Below are positions 9,139 to 18,893 of a stretch of 35,344 nucleotides of DNA, in pieces (position 1 is the first letter of the stretch; each line of letters begins with the position of its first letter). Source of the DNA: an uncultured virus (IMG/VR IMGVR_UViG_2061766007_000696) (taxonomy: Duplodnaviria; Heunggongvirae; Uroviricota; Caudoviricetes); IMG/VR virus record IMGVR_UViG_2061766007_000696; one strand, written 5' to 3'. The notes beneath the pieces were generated by a model that made no database searches, was not told the origin of the DNA, and saw only the letters and a list, made by a program, of their open reading frames with translations. The position numbers were made by a program, and so were the translations under genes.

Positions 9139-9914
9139 ATGACTTGGACAATTAAAGAAGAAGTTATTAAAACTGATAATGNNNNNNNNNNNNNNNNNNN
9201 NNNNNNNNNNNNNNNNTTCGATCCGCTTTATTATGTCGGAATTGCAAAGGAATACAAACCTGGTTTTTGTGGTTATCCAATCAGCAAACTGTTTTATCCG
9301 ACATTGGCACAAGCAAAAAAGAGATATCAGTATCTCAAAAGAAAAACATTGAAAGGGGNNNNNNNNNNNNNNNNNNNNNNNNNNNNNNNNNNNNNNNNNN
9401 NNAACATGAAGCAGAATTGAGATATAAGGCAAACCAGTATTTCAAAAAGAATAAGGAATTGTTGGACAAAGCAAAAGAAAATGGATCAGCTATAAGTTTT
9501 TGCGAATCTTGTTTTGAGTGTCCGTCATACACGGACATTGGAGCAACGGCTGAAGATGATGACGTTCCTCATGGTATATGCGGAAATCTTGATTGCAAGG
9601 ATTGTGAGTATCGCAAATATGAAGCTGAATGGAAAGCAGAAGTAGTGGAAAGAGAAAAGAGAACTAGGGAAACCATTGAACGTGCTTTTAAAGATACAAA
9701 TTCAAAAGAAAACAACAAGCTCTTAAAAGCAATGTTGGCAGACAGACTTGATGAACTGAATAGATCTACAACCAATTATGACAGATTGAGAAATTTAATT
9801 AAGGCATATATTGAGGGGGATGACCAAAGGAAATTAGGCATATTGGAAGCTACAGTAGTGTTGTTAGGATTGAGCATTGAGGAAATATCACAAAAGATGC
9901 TTGGCGGTCAATGA
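9139..9914 (+). CDS. Two or more gap-interrupted hypothetical genes; the last has a Cys cluster
   Basis: GGAGG with ATG at 9139; downstream frame CESCFECP...CGNLDCKDC ends at TGA 9914 inside a palindrome copy. Confidence 0.55.
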
Positions 9915-9950
9915 TTGACCGAGGAAGGAAATAAAAAGGAGGAAAATTAA

Positions 9951-10155
9951 ATGAGCGATATTAAGATAAGAGCGTATAAAGGAAATGGTGGCAGCAATTC
10001 AGTCGTCTTCAAAATGTATTCTAAAGGATGTTGATGATGTTGAATCTGCTGAGGATATGTTTGTTATTGAACATAACTTTGATATAATTCGCCGAATTGC
10101 AAGTGATGCCGTGGATTATGTAAGAGAAACAGAGGATGAATTTGATGGCGAGTAG
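9951..10155 (+). pseudogene. Small gene with apparent 1-nt frameshift
   Basis: AAGGAGG RBS; MSDIKIRAYK continues as EMVAAIQSS...DEFDGE only if one A is removed near 9978. Confidence 0.45.
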
Positions 10156-10253
10156 ACAAGCATTATTAAACATGATACTTGGGATGTACGGAATTCCGAT
10201 TATCTTATTAGTACCTTGTTTGATTGTATATTTATGCAAAAAGGAGAATAAAC

Positions 10254-10974
10254 ATGGCAATAACAGAGATTGAAAAGTTAACAGAGGATCAGGCAAAGGA
10301 AATGGCTATTGAGTCAATGGTTATAAATGAGCATAACATCTATTTTGTGGATTTTGATAATGCTTTTGGATATAGTGCACTTGTATTTATGGATGGTCAT
10401 CATATCAAATATGCAAATGATTATCAGCTTCATCATAGTTATATGATGAATGAGGAAAACGGAAGAGAAAAACTACGACAGTGGTATATTGATACTCTTA
10501 ATCATAAACTCTATACAGAGGAGCAATTGTTAGCACCAATTGAGGATTATGATGATTACAAAAACAGAGACTATTTTCTCCGTAATCTGTATCCATTGAG
10601 AGTAGATTACATATCTGCTTTTTATATTGATACACCCTCAAAGGCAAAAGAAACAGAGGAACGCAAAAAGAAAATTGAAAAGATGCATTACAATCCGATT
10701 TCTTTCAGCTACATGGATGATAAGGATTTCATTCAGCATATGGTTGACCTTCATGTTGCATTGCAAGGGAAACTTAAAGAGATGGAAGATAATTATGATT
10801 ATTGGGTATCTGCTTTCAAAAAGGAAATGTATAACCATGAGTATTCAATAGCTTTTGATCCTGATTGGGATGTATTAAGAGCTTTTGGTAATGTTCCTGA
10901 AAATGGAACATTAAATGAAATGATGGATTATCTCAAGTTTAATGACACCAAAAAGAATGCATACAGAGAGGCTG
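10254..10974 (+). CDS. Hypothetical phage protein, end in gap
   Basis: AAGGAG RBS, ATG 10254; the ORF track fuses it with the next gene across the gap. Confidence 0.75.
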
Positions 10975-11003
10975 NNNNNNNNNNAAAAGGAGGTATGGTA
11001 ATT

Positions 11004-11315
11004 ATGAAATTATCAAAGGATTTAGAAAACAAGATTCATGCTTTTATCGTTAATTTTGGCGATTTAAGGATTGAAAACTACACGAAGGGAGGTGGATATT
11101 ACGTTTATTATCCAGCAGACAAACCAGAGGGCGAATATATTCAGTTCTGCCATAATCTTGATTATCTTGAAGGATGGTTATATGGATGTGTTCAAGGTGT
11201 AAGATGTGTAAGACCACAGATGCCGACATTTGAGGATGAGGAATGGCTCAAAAGAAGTGACAGAAAAGTTGTTCAGCTTGGTTACAGATTCATGTTAGAG
11301 GAGGAAGAGAAATGA
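11004..11315 (+). CDS. Hypothetical phage protein
   Basis: Own AAGGAGG RBS after the gap. Confidence 0.7.
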   Translation: MKLSKDLENKIHAFIVNFGDLRIENYTKGGGYYVYYPADKPEGEYIQFCHNLDYLEGWLYGCVQGVRCVRPQMPTFEDEEWLKRSDRKVVQLGYRFMLEEEEK

Positions 11316-11557
11316 GATATTTAGAAGCAAAGAGAGATTTTGAAACAATTTGTATGTCCCTTTATCTTGAGAGAGTGGACTATTGGACAGCCCAGGAAGC
11401 ATGGGCAGCTTATATTGACGGACTTTGCAAGGATGGGCAGATAACCCAAAAGCAGTATGATACATGGCTGACACCATTTCCAGAGGGGAAACCATTAAAG
11501 CCTAGTTACAAACAGTTAGCTATGGCGTATGATAATAGACAAAAAGGAGGATTATAA
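11312..11557 (+). CDS. Hypothetical phage protein
   Basis: 81 aa, RBS, coupled. Confidence 0.75.
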   Translation: MRYLEAKRDFETICMSLYLERVDYWTAQEAWAAYIDGLCKDGQITQKQYDTWLTPFPEGKPLKPSYKQLAMAYDNRQKGGL

Positions 11558-11559
11558 AA

Positions 11560-11805
11560 ATGGAACAGAAAGACAGATTATATGAAATTTTATTATCAAG
11601 TGAATATACATCAATTAACAGATTTGCTACCGCACTTGGCGAGTGGCAAGGAAACGTCACAAAAATTATGAACGGAACGAAAAAGCCAACAGTTGAGAAA
11701 TTGTTGCGATATGGAAGTAAACTTGGATTATCACCTGAGGAGGCACTGTGGGCTTTTTATCCCGATCTGATGAAAAAGTATTACGGAAATAAAAGTGTCC
11801 AATAA
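11560..11805 (+). CDS. XRE-family HTH DNA-binding protein
   Basis: SINRFATALGEWQGNVTKIMNGTKKPTVEKLLRYGSKLGLS fits the XRE helix pattern. Confidence 0.8.
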   Translation: MEQKDRLYEILLSSEYTSINRFATALGEWQGNVTKIMNGTKKPTVEKLLRYGSKLGLSPEEALWAFYPDLMKKYYGNKSVQ

Positions 11806-11815
11806 TTGGACACTT
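11793..11815. repeat. Palindrome AAGTGTCCAATAATTGGACACTT, copy 2 (extended)
   Basis: 11-1-11 inverted repeat overlapping the stop codon of the HTH gene. Confidence 0.85.
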
Positions 11816-11839
11816 GAGAATAAGGAGGAATATTAAACA

Positions 11840-12064
11840 ATGACACAATATGCTTATGAAATTTGGTATGAGGGAAATGCAATTCAGCAGAGCGCAAACG
11901 CAGATAGTTGGTTTGATTCTGAGGTTGATGCGATAGATGAAGCTGATGCTAGTATCTCTGAAATCCTGGACGATTGGAAATCAGATGGTGTTTGGGCAGG
12001 TGAGGCTGAGGAAGATTTTGATATCAAAATTGTAGAAAGAGAGGTGTCTGATGAAGGCTTATAA
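11840..12064 (+). CDS. Very acidic small protein
   Basis: 74 aa, 22 D/E versus 3 K/R; AAGGAGG RBS. Confidence 0.8.
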   Translation: MTQYAYEIWYEGNAIQQSANADSWFDSEVDAIDEADASISEILDDWKSDGVWAGEAEEDFDIKIVEREVSDEGL

Positions 12065-12407
12065 AATGGTACGGAAACTTAGTGATGGAAAGTTATATCC
12101 GCTTTTCATCACCAAGACAATTCCGACTCCTATGGGTATTTGGCTTGAAGCGGAGTGTCATCCGACAAAAGGATTTGCAGTCCGTAAAGGGTGGCATTGC
12201 TGTTTCAAGCCAATAGCACCACACTTAAAGGAAGTCCTCGCAAACGGGGAACAGAGAGTGTGGGTTGAAGTTGAGGTTGAAGATTTTACCACTTATGAGA
12301 GAGGAGAAAAATTTGGTGGTAATTGGATACTTGCAAACAAAATGAAAATCATAAGGGAACTCACTTATGAGGAAGTGGAGGTAATTAGAAATGAAAGTGC
12401 AGCTTAA
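12051..12407 (+). CDS. Hypothetical phage protein (GKLYPLFI...GWH...RVWVEVE pattern)
   Basis: 118 aa, GAGG RBS. Confidence 0.8.
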   Translation: MKAYKMVRKLSDGKLYPLFITKTIPTPMGIWLEAECHPTKGFAVRKGWHCCFKPIAPHLKEVLANGEQRVWVEVEVEDFTTYERGEKFGGNWILANKMKIIRELTYEEVEVIRNESAA

Positions 12408-12942
12408 CACAGATATATGTCCTATCATAGTTCCTGATACATATGGAACTGATTTTTGGGCAAATGTATGGGATGAATGTTGGAATGATTTTAAAAAATT
12501 GATGGTAACTAAGGGAATTGAGTACATCAATATGGCACTACATGAAACCGAAACTTTTAAGAATTGTACTGCTGAAGCGGTAACAAAACTCAAAAGTCCT
12601 CAGTACTATAATTACTCAACAGATTGGTTTGATTTCAGTATTGAAATTGATGATGCAATTATAAAACGCATGGCTACTATGGATGATAAATTTTATGACT
12701 TTATAAAAGCGAGATTTAGTGATCACCCAGGTTTTCATTCATTTATGCCAGATACAAAGGAAAAATATTTAAAATCCATTACAGGTGATTCAGATGCAGA
12801 TTTTGCAAGAGCATTATCTGAAGTGATTTTATATGAAATAGATAATTTGGAAGATTATCAGAAAGATTATCTTGATGACGTTTGGGAATATGCAAGTAGT
12901 AACGGAATGGAAATTGATGATGAAGAAAGCGAGGAAAATTAA
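12391..12942 (+). CDS. Hypothetical acidic protein
   Basis: 183 aa, GGAGG RBS. Confidence 0.8.
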   Translation: MKVQLNTDICPIIVPDTYGTDFWANVWDECWNDFKKLMVTKGIEYINMALHETETFKNCTAEAVTKLKSPQYYNYSTDWFDFSIEIDDAIIKRMATMDDKFYDFIKARFSDHPGFHSFMPDTKEKYLKSITGDSDADFARALSEVILYEIDNLEDYQKDYLDDVWEYASSNGMEIDDEESEEN

Positions 12943-13212
12943 ATGAGTATTTGGAGATTAGTAGATTATGATGATGTATGGGGTAACAAGAAGGATGGTT
13001 ATGAAATTAACCATGAACATGTTCTCAAAAAGAAACTTGAGATCCCGGACGATGCAACTGATAAGGAAATCGTTCAGTTACTGAACGACATTGATTATCT
13101 TATCACAACAGATATGCGCAGGATTAGACTTGAGGATATGGGCGAGTTCATTGAGATTTATGAGAAGCGAATCAATCTTCCGATTTGCAGATTGGAGAGA
13201 AAATATGCCTGA
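12943..13212 (+). CDS. Hypothetical phage protein
   Basis: 89 aa, coupled. Confidence 0.75.
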   Translation: MSIWRLVDYDDVWGNKKDGYEINHEHVLKKKLEIPDDATDKEIVQLLNDIDYLITTDMRRIRLEDMGEFIEIYEKRINLPICRLERKYA

Positions 13213-13446
13213 GAAATCANNNNNNNNNNNNNNNNNNNNTGAAGACAGTTTTGATGTGGAGATTTATTCCCATATCTATAACAATTGGGGATTAGATACA
13301 AGATATCACTGTGAGCACAGCAAGAAAGATAATAATAAGGATGCAGATTTTATTTCCTGGAGAATACTTCATAAAATTAGAGATTTGTGCGACATGGGAT
13401 ATGATGTAAACCTTTGTGGAACTTGGATTAAGAAGGGAGAATAAAT

Positions 13447-13695
13447 ATGATACAGACAATTAAGGCAACTATCTTTTATAAGATGAAGGAAACACATCCA
13501 GATAAACCATACGTTGTTGGTGGTTGGAAAGAAGGCAAAGAATATTCACATTCAGATACTTATAACATTGATGATGGTTCGTTTTGGTCTGAAGATGCCA
13601 TGTATGCATACATAAAGCACGATTTAAAACTGATAGCTGGTGGTGGCTATAACACAGATCATATTTATGATGTAAGATTTGAATTTGCGAAGTAA
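13447..13695 (+). CDS. Hypothetical phage protein
   Basis: 82 aa, RBS. Confidence 0.75.
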   Translation: MIQTIKATIFYKMKETHPDKPYVVGGWKEGKEYSHSDTYNIDDGSFWSEDAMYAYIKHDLKLIAGGGYNTDHIYDVRFEFAK

Positions 13696-13718
13696 TTATA
13701 TATTGTTAATAAGGAGAA

Positions 13719-14135
13719 ATGATTATGTCAAAGATTAGAACACTTAACAATTTAATTAAATATGTAATGAATAACAATATTGATACAAATAAAGGAATCA
13801 TAATTGGTGTCGAAGGTTATCACACTTATGACGAGGATGCAAACATTGAGAATAGGGAACTTAATATTGAGATACTTCCTAACGNNNNNNNNNNNNATAG
13901 TAATTATGACGAGATTAAAAAAGAACCCACCCAGGAATATGGATTTACCATAACAGAAACTCGTATGAAGAATATCAAGGTAAGTGCTTGCAGTTATGAT
14001 GAAGCTTATGATATAGCGGAAAGACTCATGCATAACAATGAACTCGACATGGATGATAATGGATGTATTGATAATCAGGAAATTGATGATTATGAAAATT
14101 TAGATAACTGTGAAGATTACACGGAGGAAACATAA
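13719..14135 (+). CDS. Gap-interrupted gene(s); C-terminal part DpnD/PcfM-like
   Basis: EYGFTITETRMKNIKVSACSYDEAYDIAERL pattern. Confidence 0.55.
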   Translation: MIMSKIRTLNNLIKYVMNNNIDTNKGIIIGVEGYHTYDEDANIENRELNIEILPNXXXXXSNYDEIKKEPTQEYGFTITETRMKNIKVSACSYDEAYDIAERLMHNNELDMDDNGCIDNQEIDDYENLDNCEDYTEET

Positions 14136-14483
14136 ATGAAATATATAAGAGAATATACAGATAGAGATTTAGAAGTAGTTGCAGATATGCTATCCAAGAA
14201 GGTAGTTATCCGTGAGGATGGCACTACAAAGGAAACTAGTATAGAAGAATATAAAACAATGTTCCAAATGGTATATGGTGCGTTGTTATCAGCTAGATGG
14301 AATCATGCAGAACCTGCTACGGTACAAGGAATTTTGGATTATGCAGAATTTATGTTTAATAACGTATTTCCAAAGTATGAAGGATATAGAAGTATTTATA
14401 TTCCTTTGGATTTGGTACTTGACAAAACATTGACGGAAACGAGGATTGATGAAGATAAAGTAAGGAGGTATTTAGATGACTAA
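14136..14483 (+). CDS. Hypothetical phage protein
   Basis: 115 aa, GGAGG RBS. Confidence 0.75.
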   Translation: MKYIREYTDRDLEVVADMLSKKVVIREDGTTKETSIEEYKTMFQMVYGALLSARWNHAEPATVQGILDYAEFMFNNVFPKYEGYRSIYIPLDLVLDKTLTETRIDEDKVRRYLDD

Positions 14484-14673
14484 AACAAAGCGGCAGTGGA
14501 CAGCAAGAGAATTTATCAGAGTTCTCAAGAGTAACGGATTCACATATAAGAGATCAAAAGGAGACCATTATACATATAAAAATCTCAACGGCAGAACAAT
14601 CACGTTCAATTTCAGAGGATTGAACTGTATGGTAGCACGTAGGCTTATAAAAGAAAACAACCTGGAGGTATAA
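14476..14673 (+). CDS. hicA: HicA-family (dsRBD-fold) toxin-like protein, no adjacent HicB
   Basis: AREFIRVLKSNGFTYKRSKGDHYTYK matches HicA (..L...GF...R.KGSH..Y). Confidence 0.75.
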   Translation: MTKTKRQWTAREFIRVLKSNGFTYKRSKGDHYTYKNLNGRTITFNFRGLNCMVARRLIKENNLEV

Positions 14674-14675
14674 AT

Positions 14676-17600
14676 ATGAAGAGATTAGGACAGTTTTATT
14701 GTTTAGATGAAAATGAATATAAGGCATTAACGGAAAAGGATTGTACAAAAGCACTTGAGGAAGAGAACGCCAGACTGCTTGATTTACTCTTTAAGGTTCT
14801 TCCGAAAGAAGGGAAAACAGGGGATAAAGAACTAAGTCGTAAAGATTTTGTTGAAGTTTATAACTTTATGGTAAAACACATGGATACAGTGGAAGATAAT
14901 TTTACAAAAGAGAACAATGCAATTTACGTACATGACTGTACTGTTCATTGGCATGGTTTATATTGTAATTGTTCCGATGGTGCTACTGTAGCAAACAATA
15001 TAATTCCGGCTATTACTTCAGTAGATGATGAGGAGGCAGAATTCGAATGAAAGTAATAAGTTTTTTGGAGAATAATAATTACTCAATTTCAGAAGAAGAT
15101 ATGATTCTTCTCTTAAAAGAAATTAACTTAGATAAATATGTATTCTTGACAACTGCTTGTAATGAATGGGTAAATCCCATACATGATGACAGAATTTTCT
15201 GTGATGTAGAATGGAATTTCATGCAGTATTGGTTTCATAATAAAGGTTTTACAGAAAATGATTACAGATATATTGAAGCTTGCGGTTATGAGAGGGATCA
15301 GTTTAGAAAGGAGGCTATATGAAATTAAGCGAAATTGTCACAAAGGTAGAGGAATGGCTTAATGAGTTTTCTTATGATTATGTCATAAATAGCATAATTC
15401 CTGATGCAAGATACAAATACAAAATAAGTGCAACAGAAATCGGTCCAGATGGAAACGAAAGTAATGTATTTTATGTGTTGTTTGTAGATGAAAATGGGGA
15501 TATCTACAATACAAATGGCGACAATGTTGTTGAGGCTGCACAAGAGACATATTTTTACGATGAGGAAATACTTGAGTGGCTTATGAAATTTGAAGAGAAA
15601 TGGAGAATTAAATGATGGAAATAAAAATAGAACNNNNNNNNNNNNNNNNNNNNNNNNNNNNNNNNNNNNNNNATTGTTTATTATCAAAGGAGCTTCTTGG
15701 TTGGTATCATGGAGAGCCAAATGAGAATAGTAATCGTAAATATGTAGGGAAATTTAAAGCAGAATATGAGATAACCACCAACACAACTTCTTTGTATTAT
15801 GCAACTATAAATATACTTGATTACTTGGCTTTATANNNNNNNNNNNNNNNNNNAATTTATACAGCATGTTGTTAGAATTGCAGAGTATAACTGGAGATAC
15901 AGTTGAGGATATTGCAGATGCAAATGATGCTGGCGATTGTAAGACCTGGAATGAACTTGTGGAACGATTTAAAGAACTTCATAAAAAGGAAGAACGAATA
16001 TGAATGATTTTCAGAATGTCTTTACGGATGAAGAAATAGAACAGAAATGGCGAGAACTTGAAGATGTTCTTGTTTATGAAGATGCTGCTGGCAAACAAAG
16101 ATTATCCGAAGATTGGTGGATGTGGGAAGTACATACAAAAATTGATGATATCTGGCATTGGTTTGATATGGCACATACAAAAGGTGTGGGCTGGCTAATG
16201 GAAAATATTTAATAAAATCAATCTTTTGTTTAGGTTNNNNNNNNNNGATGATGAATATTTAATGACTGGTAGAGATATAACATATATCAAAAGGCTAATT
16301 GATTGGATTACAGACAATGCTGATTATGGAGATATTACAGAGCTTTGTAATGAACTTAAAGTAGATGAAGATTGGTTCTCAAGATTTTATGAGTGGGAAG
16401 AAAACTAATCTTAATTGATAAAAAGCGGANNNNNNNNNNNNNNNNNNNNNNTAAATATGAATTATCAAAAGGAATTATGCATTTCTAAAGAAAGCGCAGA
16501 AGAGTACAAAAGATTACTTACTGTTGAACCAACCTCAGAGGATGATTGCTTTGGCGAGGATTTAAAAATCAGCAACACAGTACGATTTGAAGATGAAACA
16601 GAAATGGATATTGAATTATGTGGAGTACAGTTTAATGGATTGAATGATAGTAATCTTCCATATACTCAGGCTGTGTTGTTCAGAGGTGGTATTGAACTTA
16701 GTTATACAGAACCTTCTGATGAATATGAAGGGGAATGGTATTGTGAGGATGGTGACGGAAATACTTATACAGTAATTGTTGTAGCAAGCTAAATTTTTAT
16801 TTTGAAAGGAGAAATGAATTATGTTCTATTGGAAAGCAAAATGTTTAGATGGTGCTTATGAAGATGAAAGCACAAAAGGATTTGATACAAAAGCTGAAGC
16901 ATATTTTGATATGAGAAATGCTGTACTTGAAAAAATGAAGTGGAATACAAAATTTGATGAAGATTTTGAAGATGATGAAGATGTCATAGATTATGATGTA
17001 CATTTTGAATTTTCAAAAGGAAAAATAACACATAAGTCATATAGCGGCATTTATATTTATGAAATATTTGAGAAGTAAAAGTAAATAAAATTAGATTCTT
17101 ATTTGGAGGAACAAATGATTAAGGAAGGTATGGTAGTAAGATATACAGGAAAATATTGTTCTCCAGGAGAAAGGAAATATCTCCATATAGTTAAGGAGAA
17201 CAGATTAAATCCGGTGACAAATAAAATGACACGGTGGTTAATTGAAACAATCAATTCTTCAATGGCGTTTAATCCAACAGAAGAGGTTGAAGAAGATATG
17301 ATTGAACCAATAGGATTAAATGTTAATGAATTGATGTAATAAAACGGTTCTTTAATAATGAAAGGGGAAATTAACTATGAAAAGAATTGAAGCGGTTTTA
17401 GATGAAATGAGCATCAACTACGACATTGAAAAGGATCACGCTCTTATTGAATTTTGGACAGATACAGCAGGACAGGATATTCCTGTTGAAATCGACTACG
17501 ATGGTACTGTTGAGGACTTGGTAGAGAAGTTTGTTGAATATGCAAACAACTACGATGTTGATGATGAAGTTAAAGTATATGTCAATATGAGAGGTCAGAA

Positions 17601-17862
17601 CGGAGTCCCGAATACAGTTCGTGAATTGCTTGATGATTGCCAAGAAGCTAAAGATACGCTTATGGAGATTGCTGATGAATTGCAAAATGCAATCGCCAAA
17701 CATAAAAAGAAGCATATTTCCGTTACAATGAAGGTCACAGGACTTTATAGTACGACAATTACTGTTGATGAAAATGCTAGTCTTGATGAAATTAAGTTAG
17801 AAGCTCAGTCAGATTTTCTTAATACTCGCTTTGATCTTGTAGATAAAGAAGGTGAAATCAGA
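14676..17862 (+). CDS. Run of about 10 small acidic hypothetical genes (14676-15050, 15047-15322, 15319-15615, 16000-16212, 16457-16792, 16821-17078, 17115-17339, 17377-gap, plus gap-broken ones)
   Basis: Consecutive ORFs, most with RBS and start/stop overlaps. Confidence 0.75.
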
Positions 17863-18279
17863 NNNNNNNNNNNNNNNNNNNNNNNNNNNNNNNNACGATA
17901 AAACAAGACTTTTATTTGAAAAGGAGAATAAAAATGACAGTACGAGAATTACTTAAAAGTATAGCGCCAACTCTTAAAACACATGAAGTGGTTACACTTA
18001 CAAGTGCTTTCACACAACTTATTATAGATATAAGACATAATAATGATTTTCATGCTGTTGGAAAGTACAGTAAATCTGAAATCGAATCACATCATTTTAC
18101 AGACTATACTATCATAAAACCATTCACACACACTATCTATAATGATACTAATTTAGGAAAACCAATACAATATTCAGTCCTTGACGATTTTGAAGTGTAC
18201 AGATGGCGNNNNNNNNNNNNNNNNNNNNNNNNNATGAATGGACAATAGAAATTGAAACTAAATAAAACAAGACTTTTAT
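16212..18279. repeat. Intergenic ATAAAA-N6-TTTTAT motif, 5 copies
   Basis: 16212 ATAAAAtcaatcTTTTGT; 17085 ATAAAAttagatTCTTAT; 17339 ATAAAAcggttcTTTAAT; 17898 and 18262 ATAAAAcaagacTTTTAT (identical). Confidence 0.6.
17934..18248 (+). CDS. Hypothetical protein flanked by identical 18-bp repeats
   Basis: AAGGAG RBS, ATG 17934; small gap near the 3' end. Confidence 0.7.
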   Translation: MTVRELLKSIAPTLKTHEVVTLTSAFTQLIIDIRHNNDFHAVGKYSKSEIESHHFTDYTIIKPFTHTIYNDTNLGKPIQYSVLDDFEVYRWXXXXXXXXXMNGQ

Positions 18280-18280
18280 A

Positions 18281-18310
18281 TTGACAATTATGTACATGAT
18301 ACTGTACAAT
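18281..18310 (+). promoter_or_regulatory. SigA promoter with yefM-yoeB-type operator
   Basis: TTGACA-18 bp-TACAAT; TGTACA cores at 18291 and 18303, 12 bp apart. Confidence 0.8.
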
Positions 18311-18335
18311 ATTCCTAACAGAAAGGGGTGATGTT

Positions 18336-18587
18336 ATGGTCGCTGCAAATTATACAACTGTAAGAAATAATTTAAAAGATTATTGTGATAAGGCTACAGA
18401 TGAAAATGAAATTGTAGTTGTAACACGGAAAGACGAAAAGAATATTGTAATAATGAGTCTTGACAGATTAAACCTTCTTGAAAAAGAACTTCACAATGCT
18501 CAATATCTTGCAAAAATAGAAAAAGGTTTCGCTCAGATTGAAGCAGGCAAAGGTACTTCTCATGAACTGATTGAGGTAGATGACTAA
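18336..18587 (+). CDS. yefM: Phd/YefM-family antitoxin
   Basis: NYTTVRNNLKDYCDKA...VVVTRK..NIVIMSLD. Confidence 0.92.
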   Translation: MVAANYTTVRNNLKDYCDKATDENEIVVVTRKDEKNIVIMSLDRLNLLEKELHNAQYLAKIEKGFAQIEAGKGTSHELIEVDD

Positions 18588-18844
18588 TGGAAAAAGTTTG
18601 GTCTGACGTTATGTGGGAAGAATATTTATATTGGCAACGTGAAGATAAAAAGACTCTTAAAAAGATAAATGAGTTAATCAAATCTATCGAAAGAGAAGGA
18701 GTAATGGAAGGCATAGGCAAACCAGAGCCATTAAAATATCGTGATGGTTACAGCAGAAGAATTGATGATAAAAACCGACTCGTCTATGATGTTAAAAATG
18801 ATCAGCTATTACTTATTGCCTGTAAGGATCACTACATTGATTAA
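18587..18844 (+). CDS. yoeB: Txe/YoeB-family mRNA interferase toxin
   Basis: WEEYLYWQ..DKK.LKKINELIK...GIGKPEPLK...SRRIDDKNRLVY...HY. Confidence 0.95.
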   Translation: MEKVWSDVMWEEYLYWQREDKKTLKKINELIKSIEREGVMEGIGKPEPLKYRDGYSRRIDDKNRLVYDVKNDQLLLIACKDHYID

Positions 18845-18869
18845 AAGGAACTGATTTAGTTCCTTTTTT
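18843..18869 (+). terminator. Rho-independent terminator
   Basis: AAAAGGAACT-gattt-AGTTCCTTTTTT. Confidence 0.8.
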
Positions 18870-18893
18870 AATATCGAAAAGGAGGAATAGTAA

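Larger units (their letters stand above)
1813..9921. repeat. Dispersed 17-bp palindrome CGGTCAAT-N-ATTGACCG, 10 copies
   Basis: Copies at 1813, 1854, 2785, 2962, 3567, 3946, 4427, 5506, 7640 and 9905, each with 0-1 arm mismatch. Confidence 0.95.

Noticed and set aside
1813..9921. Palindrome repeats as a CRISPR array or as terminators
   Set aside because: Spacing is 41 to over 2000 bp with whole genes in between, there are no cas genes, and there is no poly-T tail.
10224..11315. Single 363-aa protein (similarly 20438-21505 and 32627-33046)
   Set aside because: Fusions across N gaps of uncertain length; an internal RBS and ATG indicate separate genes.
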